A DNA stretch of 64,000 bases from the human T2T-CHM13v2.0 reference genome, Homo sapiens (GCF_009914755.1 NC_060928.1); one strand, 5' to 3'. Positions 13,517 through 27,542 are shown, numbered from the stretch's first letter. A program made the numbers and translations. Notes: generated by a model not told the origin, from the letters alone.

Positions 13517-13604
13517 TTTGGTATTTCCATTCAGGACATTTTATCTCTGTGCAAAGACCGGAGTAGAAGCTGATGAGTGGATCAAGATATTACGCTGGAA
13601 ATTG
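13517..13604 (+). CDS. DAPP1: DAPP1 exon 8, PH domain C-terminal helix
   Basis: cctattag|T TTG GTA TTT ... AAA TTG|gtgaga; LVFPFRTFYLCAKTGVEADEWIKILRWKL; 88 bp. Confidence 0.97.
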
Positions 13605-14039
13605 GTGAGAATTTTTAAGCCTTCAGATGTCAAGTCTTGAGAAATAACATGTTGATGATTTCAAACATATTTCTATCAAAAGAGTCAGACTAGACCCAAG
13701 AATCAAAGAGATGTCTGGGTGTCTACTTCCAGGCTTGCGGAACAGTCTGTTAATTCTTCTGGGACATGAGAAGAGATGGAGACAGGATTGTAAAAAAGAA
13801 AGAATTAAGCCATATTTGGGTCTTAGACATAGAGCCTTAGCCTAATAACCACCTATCAGACTTCCTATAAGGTGTGTCAGTTAGTTCAGTTTTGTCTGGA
13901 GGGGGACATTTAGAACCAGAAGGTCTGACAGAGGAAAGCTGACATACTTCTCTAGTTGAAAAGCCTTTTAAATTGTTAGAGAAGAAAGTTTGCCAGAGGC
14001 ACTTAGCTTAGTTTCCAATGTAAGCATCACTTTGTGCAG

Positions 14040-14101
14040 GTCAAGGACAAAAGCTGATTTATTTTGTCTGCTCTCTGTATATCTCCCGAGGAGAAGACTG
14101 A
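14040..14101 (+). CDS. DAPP1: Probable DAPP1 alternative cassette exon giving a short C-terminus VKDKS* (stop 14055-14057)
   Basis: actttgtgcag|GTC AAG GAC AAA AGC TGA ... ACTGA|gtgagt; phase 0 matches exon 8; I recall a shorter DAPP1 isoform with an alternative C-terminus but cannot verify this here. Confidence 0.6.
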
Positions 14102-14239
14102 GTGAGTACTTATAAAACTTCACCAATCTTCTACTTGTTTTTCATGTGCTTGCAAGTTAGTGAGTTCTTAGCCAAGAACTTGTCCTTAAAGCTGACTAAA
14201 ATTTCCTATAAATACCATCTTAAAAACTTTGATGATTTC

Positions 14240-14552
14240 TTTTTTTCTATTTTTTTTTTTTTTTTTTTTTGAGACAGAGTCTCGTTCTGTTGCCCAGGCT
14301 GGAGTGCAGTGGTGTGATCTTGGCTCAGTGCAACTTCTGCCTCTTGAGTTCAAGTGACTTTCATGTCTCAGCCTCCCGAATAGCTGGGATTATAGGAGCT
14401 TGCCACCACGCCTGGTTAATTTTTGTATTTTTAGTAGAGAAGGGGTTTCACCATTTTGGCCAGGGTGGTCTCGAACTTCTCACCTCAAGTGATCCACCAG
14501 CCTCAGCCTCCCAAAGTGCTGGGATGACAGGTGTGAAGCACCATGCCCGGCC
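14240..14552 (-). mobile_element. AluS, antisense
   Basis: Full Alu with gatgatttc TSD (14231-14239 / 14554-14562). Confidence 0.93.
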
Positions 14553-15599
14553 AGATGATTTCAAACAAAATATTTTTCTTAATTATTTTTTGCAAAATTG
14601 TCTGATATATATGAAAATTCCTTTCTAGATACTGAGACTTTTGCTTTCAGTTATGTTTTCAGTTTGAAATTCAAATAAGTATACCATTCATTTTTAAATT
14701 CTTCCAATGTATCAGTGAGGGATAATTTGTCTTGTGAAACCTTTGCTCAGATATGGATTAATTTCTTATTCTTTCTATTTTTAATTATCAAAGTAACACA
14801 AAATCATTATACAAGAATTATAGAAAAATATATCAAGTATACACACTTTTAGACTTCTCTCTTTACACATAAATATTTAAAAACAAAATTTAATCACTTG
14901 CTAGAAGTAAAAACCACAATGATGTACCACTACACACCCTTCAGAACGGATACAATGAAGACTGTCAATATCAAGTATTAGCATGAATGCGAAGGAACTA
15001 GAACTCTCCTACATTGCTAGAGGGAATGAAAATGTGTACGGCTACTTTGAAAAATTGCTTGGCAGTTTCTTTTAAAACTATACATATACCTACACTATAA
15101 TTCAGCATTTTCATGCTTAGGTATATCTAAGAGAAATGAGTGCATGTATCCACTAAAAAATGTTACAATAATGTTCATAGCATCTTTATTGATAATATAC
15201 AAACTCCAAACAAAACAAATCACTTGCCAGTGTTCTATATTTGCTCACTTCACTTAGCAATATATTATGAACATTTTTCCATATTATCAATTTTAGATCT
15301 ATATCTTCCTTTTAACTCATTGAATAGTATTGCATTTTATAGATTACTGTAAGTATTAGACCAATTCCCAATTTGTACATGTTTTAGCAATCACTTTACA
15401 ATATGTGTCCTAAAAAAAAATACAGAAAATTTTTCTGGACACATGATAATTAGCTTATAGTTGGGGGTGAGCACATGATAATTAACTTAGAGTTGTATGA
15501 CATCCTTACTAATCAACATGTCTTATTTAATATTTGTTAGAAGCCAGGGTTCATTACAATCACTCAATAATGGATACACGTGTGTGTACTTTATTACAG

Positions 15600-15668
15600 T
15601 CACAAATAAGAAAACAGCTCAACCAAGGGGAAGGCACGATCCGATCTCGGTCGTTCATCTTTAAATAG
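15600..15668 (+). CDS. DAPP1: DAPP1 last coding exon
   Basis: ttattacag|TCA CAA ATA AGA ... TTT AAA TAG; SQIRKQLNQGEGTIRSRSFIFK*. Confidence 0.97.
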   Translation, partial: SQIRKQLNQGEGTIRSRSFIFK

Positions 15669-17130
15669 ATCTTTCTTGCCAAGGAATGCTCTGGCCCAGG
15701 AGCAAGGTGGAATGTTTCCCTGACGCTGTGATCTGCAGCAGGCTTCAAATGAAAACCGACTAAGGATTTTCTTTCAAAAACAAATCAGAAGCAGATGCTG
15801 ATTGGGACCCATATACCACGTTGCTGACTCACGTTGCTGCCCTTCCATGATGTTGCCATCTCCTTGAGAACACTGAAGCAATCACCATTCTGATAGAAAG
15901 TGCTTAAACCACCACTCTTAGGTCTGCTCACTCTTAGAACACACAATGGAAGAGGAAGGGTTTTTGTTTTCACTCATTGTGGTCCCCAAGCCTATTGACA
16001 CTAGTTGCCTAGAGTCCCACTGTGAGTCATGGTCAGCCTGTCTGACATCCAGGTTGTGCTATTAACCAAGAAGGAAACAGATACTTGGAGGCTTAGATGA
16101 CTTCTGCAGGATTTATATTCAGATAGAAAACATCAAATATTTTCAGGGGAGAGGTTTTTTTTTTTAATTTTTCCCCCTTTATACAAAAAAAAAAGAACAT
16201 TTCCAAAACTAAAATAGAAAATGCTTGTGGCATTTATTTTCTCTTTTTAAAAGGTTCAGAAATTTGGCAGGTCCTTTGCTTCTAATGACAAAACTGTGAG
16301 AGCTAGATGTCCTATGGGCAATTAGGTAGTATAATAAAGGTAAATGAAGGTACAATTTTTAAACCATTATTTTCACCCTGTTGGGGTAAATGTTTTAAAG
16401 AGTGAGAAAACATAAATTGAGAAAGGGTGATAAAGTAATAGATAACTTTTAGTTTAATAATAATTATTGTTATTATACTACTAATAATAGAGCACTTGTA
16501 AGCACTAAGTTATCTTTATCCAACATTTCTCCAAATGGACTGAAAGAAACTTTTCAAGGACAGTGTATTATAACAATCCCTTTCCCAGAATTAGTTGTAT
16601 AGGGTTGGCCCAAGAGATGTAAGAAAAATCTCGCATTGCTCCCTAAGCACCCTGGGCCTTATTAAAGAGCAACTTCTATTTCCAGTCGGGGGAGTAACAC
16701 TAAAGCTACAAGAAATATGTAATAATGATAGGTAATAATGTGTTCCAAAGCTTTTTCAAACTAGAATAAGGAGGCAAATAGAAGAATGAGATACTGATGT
16801 CCACAGTTCATTGGCAGAATCTAACCCCTTCTGTTATCTTTTTTAATACTATTTTTGTTTAGATAGAAGTTTCAAAGAAGATAAAAATGCTTGAAGAGCC
16901 TGAGAGTAAAAAGATTATGCTGCAAAGCTATGATATAAACTGCTCTTGCAGTCCAAAGGGATACCTGATTAAAGAAGTTTCTTATTTAAACATCTCAGAC
17001 GCAAAAATTACATTAAATTTTTGTATATTTCAACAACATTTTAAATGTATTTTGTTATGTTTGTATTATATAGGATAAAGCAAATGTCAAGTTAAAATGT
17101 ATTGTGTTGTTTGTAAAGTAAGAAGTTACT

Positions 17131-17499
<369 letters not shown>

Positions 17500-17639
17500 T
17501 TAGAAACAAATGTGTTTCTTTGGGTGGGTAATATTGTGTTTTACTATGTTTACCTTTTATAAAACATAACCTGTTTATTTATATTCTTTGGCTTTGTTTA
17601 TTAAAAAGCATGATTTTGCTGTGCATGTACCATTTTGCT

Positions 17640-17645
17640 ATTAAA
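17640..17645 (+). terminator. Candidate DAPP1 polyadenylation signal ATTAAA
   Basis: ATTAAA preceded by a U/UGUA-rich tract; second copy at 17600. Confidence 0.5.
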
Positions 17646-18330
17646 ATTTATTTTTAATATTTGTAACTTGAAAGAAATATACAACTGATTAATATCATAA
17701 ATAGCAATGAAGAATTCACTTCAGTTAGACTATTAACCACAAAGGATTGGAAGTTGAAGAAATAGTCCAAGGCCTCAAGGAGTTCTTAGTTGAATATGGA
17801 GAAAACAATAAACATATATATATATATATGCGTGTATATATATATACATATGACAATATATAGCAGTAAATAAGATCATTACTGTAAGAGAAGTACACAA
17901 AGCTATCTGATGGAGCAGGTGCTTCAGCAGGGGATACAACAATTTGTTGGAGGGTTTTGACATGAAAAGGGTGAGCTAACATGTACCTGCTATGTAACTA
18001 GTACTAGACTAGGTGTTTTGCCTGCCCTCAGCAGTCCTGCAAAGAAATGATTCTAACTCCCAAGTGGAGCCTGTGAGGGTTCCTCAGCTATTTCTCCAAG
18101 TCCAGAGAGAGGGAGGATGTTTTGTGCCAACGGCAGATCAGAGCAGGGGAATATGGGAGAAAAGAGAGTGGGCTATCTGCATTATACCCTGTCTGCTAAC
18201 AGGTATGAGCTTATCATTAAGACAAAGTATTCGCAGTTATTCTCAGAATTCCCTCTGGGAAAATCCTGGCCCACAGGAGCAGTTTTCTCTGGACAAATGG
18301 TGACACCAACATGGTGAGGGAAGGCTAATA

Positions 18331-18482
18331 CAGATGGTTCCTGACTTACAATGATTTGATTTAGGATTGTTCAACTTCACAATGGGTCTATTGGGGTATT
18401 AAATGCATTTTCTCCTTATGATATCTTTGACTTAAAATGAGCTTATTGGAATGGAACCCCATCATAAGTCAAGGAACATCTG
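18331..18482. mobile_element. Tigger-family MITE (MER47/Tigger5-like)
   Basis: TIRs cagatggttcctgacttacaatg / cagatgttccttgacttatgatg with TA flanks. Confidence 0.8.
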
Positions 18483-20405
18483 TACTGTTTCTGGGGGAAA
18501 CCTTCCCCCTATGCCAGAACACCTGGACATCAGAGAACTCGGTGGGGCAGGACCCTTCTTTTCCCAACCACATGGCATGCAAGAGAGTGGGTTCCTCTCT
18601 CCTTATTTCTCACAAGGGCTTGGCATGCAGGTCAGGGCATTATGCTGTGTCCCTGTTTCAGGCAGAAAGCAAGAGAACTACTGTAAGGAGAAGGTCAGTT
18701 CTACTTCCTTCCCTCTCCACTACTTCAGATCCACTGCAGCAAATCCATGTTTCTACCAGACTCTTCCTAGCCAAGTATACTACACAGCAGAGTGCCAGGC
18801 TGAGCCTACGGTCTGCTCTCTATGAATTCAGGCTGTCTGACCATGATGTCAAGCAGAGTTTCTTAAACCATCTATTGCAAAGGATCTTATTTTCTTTTTT
18901 TTTTAAATTTATAATCTATCACAGACTGAGATTTCATAAAATTCAATAAATTTTTAGAAAAATCAAGAAAAAAATACAAATATCACAATCCCAGTTTATT
19001 ATTATCAGATTCAACAGGCATAAAGTTACTATCTCAAATTGTTGTAAGTTTTTCAACACTTAAAACTGGCATTTCTGTACTTATCTTGCTAGCAAACAGT
19101 GTGCACAACAGCCCAGTCTGTGGACCACGTTGTGAGTAGCACAGGTCTAGCTGACTGGCAGGTAAAAGGAAACAGCCTTCTTGAGAAAGAATTCACCTGA
19201 AGATAGGAAGGGTTGAGGTTGAGTTGCACATGCTTTGTTGATGGAATACAGGCATCATTAGAGGGGAAAGGTGATTCGGAGCACATTCTTGACTGTTACT
19301 CAGCCCCTCCTCAGCAAAATCTAAAAGAGCTATTTCACCAGTCTCCAGTGGCCAGACAATGAGATTGTAAGTTGTGTCACATTTTCAGCTGTGAACAAAG
19401 ATGGCACCCTTGGCCTTAAGCAGGGGTTGTGTGCCCTTGTAGACAACAGCAGCCACAACCTGACTTAGCAGTAGCAACAATGGCCAGGGTTGTGGGGCAT
19501 AATCATCCCAGAGAGCAAGAACAAAGAAAAAAAAATGGCAGATGCCATATAGTTTCAGGAGTACATGTGAAGAAGGGTCTATGAGGACTTCCAGAAATAT
19601 CTGGGAGGCATTTGAGAATGACCATATTTTCCACAGAAAAAGCAAGATTGGAGCCAGAGAAGTTAGACCAGCAGGTCCCTGATCCCATCCTACGGTTATT
19701 TCCCCAGTTCCAGATGCATCGTTGGTATAGCCATCCAGGCATACCTTGAAGATATTGCAGGTTTGGATCCACACCACCACAATAAAGCAAATATTGCAAT
19801 AAAGTAAGTCACACCATTTTTTTTTGTTTCCCAATTCATACTAAAGTTATTGCTAAAAAAAATTATAATGATCATCTGAGCTTTCAGCAAGTTGCAATCA
19901 CTTTGCTGGTGGAGAGTCTTGCCTGGATGGTGATGGCTGTTGACTGATCAGGGTGATGCTTGTTAAGGGTTGGGGTGGCTGCAGCAATTTCTGAAAATAA
20001 GACAAAAATGAAGTTTGCTGCATCAATTGATTCTTCCTTTCCTGAAAGCTTTCACTGTAGCATAAGGTGCTGGTTGATAGCATTTTACTAACAGTAGAAT
20101 TTCTTTCAAAATTGCAGTCAATCCTCTCAAACCCTGCAACTGCTTTATCAACTAAATTTATGTAACATTCTAAATCTTTTGTTGTCATTTCAAAAGTTCA
20201 CAGCATCTTCACCAGAAGTAGATTTCATCTCAAGAAACCACTTTATTTGCTCATCCATAAGAAACAACTCATCATCCATTGAAGTTTAATCATGAGATTG
20301 CAGCAATTCAGTCCCATCTTCAGGCTTCACTTCTAATTCTAGTTCTCTTACTATTTCCATCACATCTGCTGTTACTTCCTCCACTAAGTCTTGAACCCCT
20401 CATAG

Positions 20406-20837
<432 letters not shown>

Positions 20838-21869
20838 ACAAATGTTCTTAATGGCATTTAGAAGGTGAATCCTTCCTGGAAGGTTTTCTGTTCACTTTGC
20901 CTGGATACGTCAAAGGAATCACTATCTATGGCAGTGATAGCCTTATTAAATGTATAACTTAAATAATAAGATTTGAAAGTTGAAAGTCAAAATTACTCCC
21001 TCATCTATGGGCTGCAGAATGGATCCTGTTACTAGGTATGAAAACAACATTAATCTTATTGTACATATCAGAACTCTTGTGTGACCAGGTGCATTTTCAA
21101 TGAGCAGTAATATTTTGAAAGAATTCTTGTTTCTGAGCAGTAGGTCCCAACAGCGGGTTTGAAATATCCAGTGAACCATCCTGTGAACAGACGTATTATT
21201 ATCAGGCTTTGTCTCATTTATAGAGCAGGGGCAGGGTAGATTTAGCATAACTCTTAAGAGCCCTAGGATTTTCAAAATGGTAAGTAAGCACTGGCTTCAG
21301 GTTAAACACCAGCTGTATTAACCCCTAACAAGAGAGTCAGCCTATCCTTTGAAGCTCTGAAAGCAGGCATCAACTTCTCTTTAGCTATGAGAGTGCTAGA
21401 GAGGAGAAATCAATGACTGGCTTCAAAGCTTCAAAGGATGGCATCTTCTTCCAATAGAAGGCTATTCAGCTACATTGAAAATGTGGTGTTTAGTGTAGGC
21501 ACCTATCATCAATGATCTTAGCTAGGTCGTTTGGATACCTTGCAGCATCTACATCATCACTTGCTGTTTCACCTTGCTCTTTTGTTATGGAGATGGTTTC
21601 TTTCCTTAAAATTTCATGAACCAACGTCTGCTGGCTTTGAACTTTTCTTCTGCACTTCTTTACCTCTCTCAGCCTTCATAGAATTGAAGGGAGTTAGGGC
21701 TTTGATCTGGATTAGGATTTGATTTAAGGGAATATTGTGGCTAGTTTGGTCTTCAATCCAGACCACTCACACTCAAACTTTCTCCATCTTAGCAATAAGG
21801 CTGTCTTGCTTCATATTCATGTGTTGATTAGAGTAGCACTTTTAATTTTCTTCAAAAATGTTTCCTTTG

Positions 21870-22234
<365 letters not shown>

Positions 22235-23149
22235 TCAGCTTTCAACATGCCTTTTTCACTAAGCTTGATCATTTCTAGCTTTTGATTAAAAATGAGAGAT
22301 GTGAGACTTTTCCTTTCATGTGAACACTTAGAGGCCATTTTAGGATTATTAATTGGCCTAATTTCAATACTGTTGTGTCTCAGGGAAGGGGGTGCCCAAG
22401 GGTAGGGAGAGAGATAGAGGAACAGCAAGTCAGCGAAGCAGCCAGAACACACACATTTATTAAGTTTGTTGCCTTATGTGGATGTGGTTTATCGCACCCC
22501 AAAATATTAAAATAGTAACATCAAAGATCACTGATTACAGATCACCACAACAGATGTAATAATCATCAAACCAGTTTGAAATATTGCAAGAATTACCAAA
22601 CTGTGACACAGAGACAAAAAGTGAATATATGCTGTTGAACAAATGGTGCCAATAGACTTGCTCAACTCAGGGTTGCCATAAATCTTTGTGAGAAACACAT
22701 CTACAAAACACAGTAAAGCAAAGGGCAATAAAACAAGGTATGCCTGGGTAGATGAACTTAGCTATTCAAGACAGCTAAGCACAGCCTCAGACAATAAAGT
22801 ATCCTTCATGTGATGAAACCAGAATAACAAGTCCAGCCTGGTTTGTTTAAATCAGATACTGAAGTTGGCCTTTATTTAAAAAAAAAATAGGGGCAAACTA
22901 TGATCCAAAAAGACAGGTCTCAAACAAGGGCAAACTGCATGATCAAAAAACTTACAATTTTTTTTCCTTCCCTACACAAAGATACCATCTGCAACAATGT
23001 CATCTTTTTTTTTTGCTTAACTTTTCCTGAAATTTTCAAAATATCATCAATATTTTGCCATATTGTTGAACTCTCCTACACTTAAAAATTTCTTTTTTCT
23101 GTTTGGAACACTTTAAAGCAAATTCTAGACATAGTTAATAAATGAGGTA

Positions 23150-25463
23150 TGGTTGTACTCAGCAACTGACAGAACCCCAACATTGGCTCCCTGATCTATA
23201 GAGTGTGGGCTATTATCAAAGGAAAGGCCAAGTAGAAACCAGTAGAACTGCCTCCATCTGGAAGATATAAACCAAAAGCAATCCCACATTCCCAGAGGGA
23301 CTTAGAGGTTAGTGCCACCATCAAGGACTTGATGGATGCAGTGGTGGTGATTCCACTGCATCTCCATTCAGCCCACCTATTTGACCTATGCAGAAAAAGA
23401 TAGGTCTTGGAGAATGAGTAGATTATCACAAACTTACTCATGTGGTGACTCCAGTTGCAGCTGCTTTTCCAGATGTGATTTCATTGCTTAAGCAAATTAA
23501 CACATCCCCTGGCACCTGGTATGCAGCTACTGATCTGGCAAATGCCTTTTTCTCCATATCTGTCCATAAGCCCCACCAACAGCTGTATGCTTTCAGCTGG
23601 TAAAGCCAACAACATACCTTTACTGTCCTACCCCAAGGGTATATCAGCTCTCTGGCCCTATGTCATAATTTTTCCACAGGGTCTTTGATCACATTTCCCT
23701 TCCACAAGACATCACACTGGTCCATTACATTGATGACATTACGCTGATTGGACCTAGTCAACAAGAAGTAGCAAATACCCTAGACATATTGGTAAGACAT
23801 TTGTCTCAGAGAGTGGGAAATAAATATGACAAAAATTCAAGTGCCTTCCAATTTACCAAAATTTCTAGGGGTCCGGTGGTGTGGGGCCTGTCAAGTATCT
23901 CTTCTAAGGTAAAGAATAACTTGTTGCATCTGGCCCTCTGACAAACAAAACAAAACAAAAAAACAGTACATACCTAACAAGCATCTTTGGATTTTGGAGG
24001 CAACATTGTTTTCTATATTGCTCATGTAATTCATTGGTCTTACCATGTTCCCCACCATCCTGGAGCAGCTGGCTTGATAAAATGGTAGACTAGCCTTTTG
24101 AAAACTCAGTTACAGCACTAGGTAGGTGGTGATATCTTGCAGGGGTGGGGAAATGTTCTCCAGGAGGCTATATATGTTGTAAAATCAGCATCCAATATAT
24201 GGTGTTCTTCCTTCCATAGCCAGGATTCACAGATCCAGCAATAAAGGGGTGGAAATGGGAGCCATGCCACTCACTATCACCCCTTGTCCACTACCACAAT
24301 TTTTGTTTTCTGTCCCCAAGTTCCTATGCTCTTTAGGTCTAGAAGACTTTGTTCCAAAACCAGTAATACCTCAACCAGGAGACACAATGATTCTATTAAA
24401 CTGGACATTAAGTAAGATTGCCACTCTGCCACTTCGCACTCCTCATGCCTCTGACTCAACACATAAAGAAGAGAATTACTGTACTGACTAGGGTAACTAG
24501 TCCTGATTGCCCGGGGAAACAGGGCTGCTACTGCACAAGGAAATAAAGAAGGGTATGTCTGAAATACAGGAGATCCACCAGATCTGTTTTACCAAGCCCT
24601 GATTAAAGTCAGTGGAAAACTTTAAAACCTATTACAGGCAGGACAACGAATGGCTCAGATTCTTCAGGAATGAAGGTTTGGAATACCTCACCAGGCAGAA
24701 CCACAAATAGCCAAGTTGCTTGCTGAGTGCAAGGAAATATGGAATAGGCAATGAAAGGTAGTTAAAAATACCAGATACAATCACATGTCCAATTGCCAAA
24801 ATAAGAATTGTGATTGTCTATTTATGTATACAAATATGTATATATTACACATACACACATATATACTGAACAAATCTTTTCCCCCCTCCTTTATCCTCTT
24901 AGCTAATATAAGACATATTAACAGTGGTATCCTTACATCACAGTATTAAGGTACAGGATAGCAAGGAAAAAAGTGATCACCAAAGGACTTTGCATCCTCC
25001 TTTGGGGAATGGATTGCATCCTCTTCTGAGGAAACCTCCTCCAGGAAATATTTGTCGTTGTACATGTTAGAAGTACAACCTAGTCTTTATTTGGAGACTA
25101 AAATATGGTTTAAGATGCATACAGGCCAGGTGCGGTGGCTCATGCCTGTAATCCCAGCACTTTGGGAGGCCAAGGCAGGCGGATCACCTGAGGTCGGGAG
25201 TTTGAGATCAGCCTGGCCAACATGGCAAAACCCCGTCTCTACTAAAAATACAAAAATTAGCCAGGCGTGGTGGTGCACATCTGCAATCCCAGCTACTCAG
25301 GAGGCTGAGGCAGGAGACTCGCTTTAACCCAGGAGGCAGAGGTTGCAGTGAGCTGAGATCAGGCCACAGCACTCAAGCCTAAGTGACAGAGTGAGACTCT
25401 GTCTCACAAAACAAAAAACAACAAAAAAGATGCATACAGGTGCCAAGCTGACTAGGAATGGAC
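23150..25463 (+). mobile_element. ERV-L internal remnant (RT, partial integrase, dUTPase-like region), degenerate
   Basis: RT motifs DLANAFFSI (~23532), LPQGY (~23628), VHYIDDI (YIDD 23726-23737); multiple stops and frameshifts; PPT-like gactaggaatggac before the LTR. Confidence 0.85.
25124..25426 (+). mobile_element. AluS inserted in ERV-L 3' region
   Basis: TSD aagatgcataca. Confidence 0.93.
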
Positions 25464-25848
25464 TGTGAACGTTAGTTTTATGCATCAACTTGGCTAGGAC
25501 ACATTGCCTAGTTATTAAAACATGAATCCAGGTACTGCTGTGGATGTATTCTGGAGATGTACTTAACATTTATAATCCCTTAAATTTAAGTAAAAGAGAT
25601 AATCCTCCATAATGTGGGTGAGACTCATCCAATCAACTGAAAGGCTTTAAGAGCAAAACTGAAGTTTCCAAGAGGACGAACTTCTGCTCTGAAACTGCAG
25701 CCTCAGCTCCTACCTGAGACTTTTCAGTCTTCTGGCCCGTCCAACAGATGTTAGACTTGCCAGTCCCCGCAATAGTATAAGCCATTTCCTTGAAATAAAT
25801 ACACATATGTCCAACCGGTTCTGCTTCTTTGGAGAGCCCTGAGACAAC
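25464..25848 (+). mobile_element. MLT2-type 3' LTR of the ERV-L element
   Basis: Starts TGTGA...ttttatgcatcaacttggctagg; contains ctcatccaatcaactgaaggc, AATAAA and ggttctgcttctttggagagccctga near the end. Confidence 0.8.
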
Positions 25849-27105
25849 TTTCTTCCCCAAATATCCCATTTTATTGTTTGTTGAAATATTTTATTTCTAA
25901 TTTTATTATTTTTGAACAGTTAAAAACTCAAAGTACAATGAAGTTTACAATGAAAAGGCTCACTCCTGGGATCCTTATCCCCCAGGTATCTAGTTCTGCT
26001 CCTTGGAGACTACCAATGTGATCAGGTTCTTCCATATATGTCTTCAGAGACAGTCTACCATATACAAACAAATAGGAATACATACACATTTTTTCTTCTT
26101 ATACATCAATTGTAGCATGCCATACAGTTTGACACCATGCTTTTCTCAATAAACATTATTATGCCTTAGAGATCTTTTCATCTCAGTACCTAAAGCACTT
26201 CTTCATTCCTTTTTCCATTGGGCAAATTAGTTTCACCAATCCTCTGTAATTTATTATCTAAAGTGAGACATTGAGAATGAAAGCACTATTAATAATTATC
26301 CAAGAACAGCAGGTATAAACTGGTAGTGTTCAAAAAGCCAAAGCATATGGTTATCCTACCTATGGCAGATATTTAGGTTGCTTCCAATTCTTTGACATTA
26401 CCAAGTTGCAAAGAATATACTTGTAAATACATACTTTTGCACATCTATGTGCTTTGTTTGGTAGGATAAATTTCTAGAAGTGGAATTGCAGGGCAAAAGG
26501 TTATGTATATGAATTTAAAAGTTTCACAGACTGCCAATTGCTGTACATAAAGAGTATAACAAGTCACACTTCCCTAGCAGGCATAGAGAATGCCTGCCCT
26601 ACTTATTGAATAATCCTTTTCCCATTGTGATCCCGTCTTTATAACAATGTTTTAAGCCCTCACATGTATGTACTGAAGTCTTTTTTCTGGGTGAGTACAT
26701 ACCATTGATATCTAGTTGTGCATTCAGTTCTGTACTACCTTTCAAAAACAGTTAATCTAGGTTTACATTACCCTTTCAAAAATTTCTTAGCAATTTTCAC
26801 CACCTTATTTTTCCAGATGAACTATGGGATAGTTTATCTATTATACCCCCTCAGAAATTTTAACAGTGGCAGCATTCAACATGTAAAGGTTAAGTAGCTC
26901 CATTTGTTATCATTTCTTTTTCTAGGATTTTTAGATATACAATTATTATCTGCAAATAGAAATCTGGCCACCTCATTTCTAAAAGACATTGTTTCATGCA
27001 CCATTGCACTGGCAAAAATTTCCTGAACGATATTAAATAATCCAGATAATGGGAATTCTGGATTTCAATGAGTACATCTAGTATTTCAATTGTAACAATT
27101 AACTA

Positions 27106-27542
27106 CAGTCATGTGTTACGTAACAATGTGGATACATTTCGAGACATGCTTTGTTAGGTGATTTCATCATTATGTGAACATCATACTGTACTGACAGGAA
27201 CCCCAGATGGTATAGCCTACTACTACACACCTAGGCTATATGGTATAGCCTACTACTACATACCTAGGCTATATGGTATAGCCTACTACACACCTAGGCT
27301 ATATGGTATAGCCTACTACTATACACCTAGGCTATATGGTATAGCCTACTACTACACACCTAGGCTATATGGTATCGCCTACTACTACACACCTAGGCTA
27401 TATGGTATAGCCTACTACTACACACCTAGGCTATATGGTATAGCCTACTACACACCTAGGCTATATGGTATAGCCTGCTGTTCTGACCACCCTCGTATGT
27501 GGTCCTTCACTAACTGAAACATCATTATATGGTACATGGCTG
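27106..27542. mobile_element. Internally deleted Tigger3 (Golem)-type element with an amplified internal repeat
   Basis: TA|cagtcatgtg... and ...tacatggctg|TA termini; interior resembles Tigger3 (gatggtatagcctactacacacctaggctatatggtatagcc). Confidence 0.8.
27207..27475. repeat. Minisatellite of 8 units (33 or 30 bp), each containing the inverted repeat TAGGCTATA-TGG-TATAGCCTA
   Basis: Counted directly: six 33-bp and two 30-bp units differing by one TAC. Confidence 0.95.

Noticed and set aside
14269-14628. Alu-derived ORFs (also 17215, 20460, 25052, 27859, 32135, 36372, 40153, 63529)
   Set aside because: Typical Alu translation artefacts (LECSG..., [11 protein letters not shown]...).
18437-18949. 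Longest ORF in the track (170 aa) and an overlapping 124-aa ORF
   Set aside because: It starts inside a MITE, shows no recognisable domain or exon structure, and is probably a chance ORF in moderately GC-rich intergenic DNA.
23150-24800. Active reverse transcriptase system
   Set aside because: The YIDD motif survives, but the frame has stops (e.g. TGG TAA near 23600), frameshifts and a large deletion; it is an ordinary ERV-L fossil.
27207-27475. CRISPR-like array (palindromic repeats with spacers)
   Set aside because: The spacers are short and nearly identical, there are no cas genes, the context is a primate genome, and the unit derives from Tigger3.
27158-27517. 119-aa ORF of YYYTPRLYGIA repeats
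   Set aside because: It is open only because the unit lengths are multiples of 3; it has a GTG start, is antisense to the LAMTOR3 UTR, and is transposon-derived.
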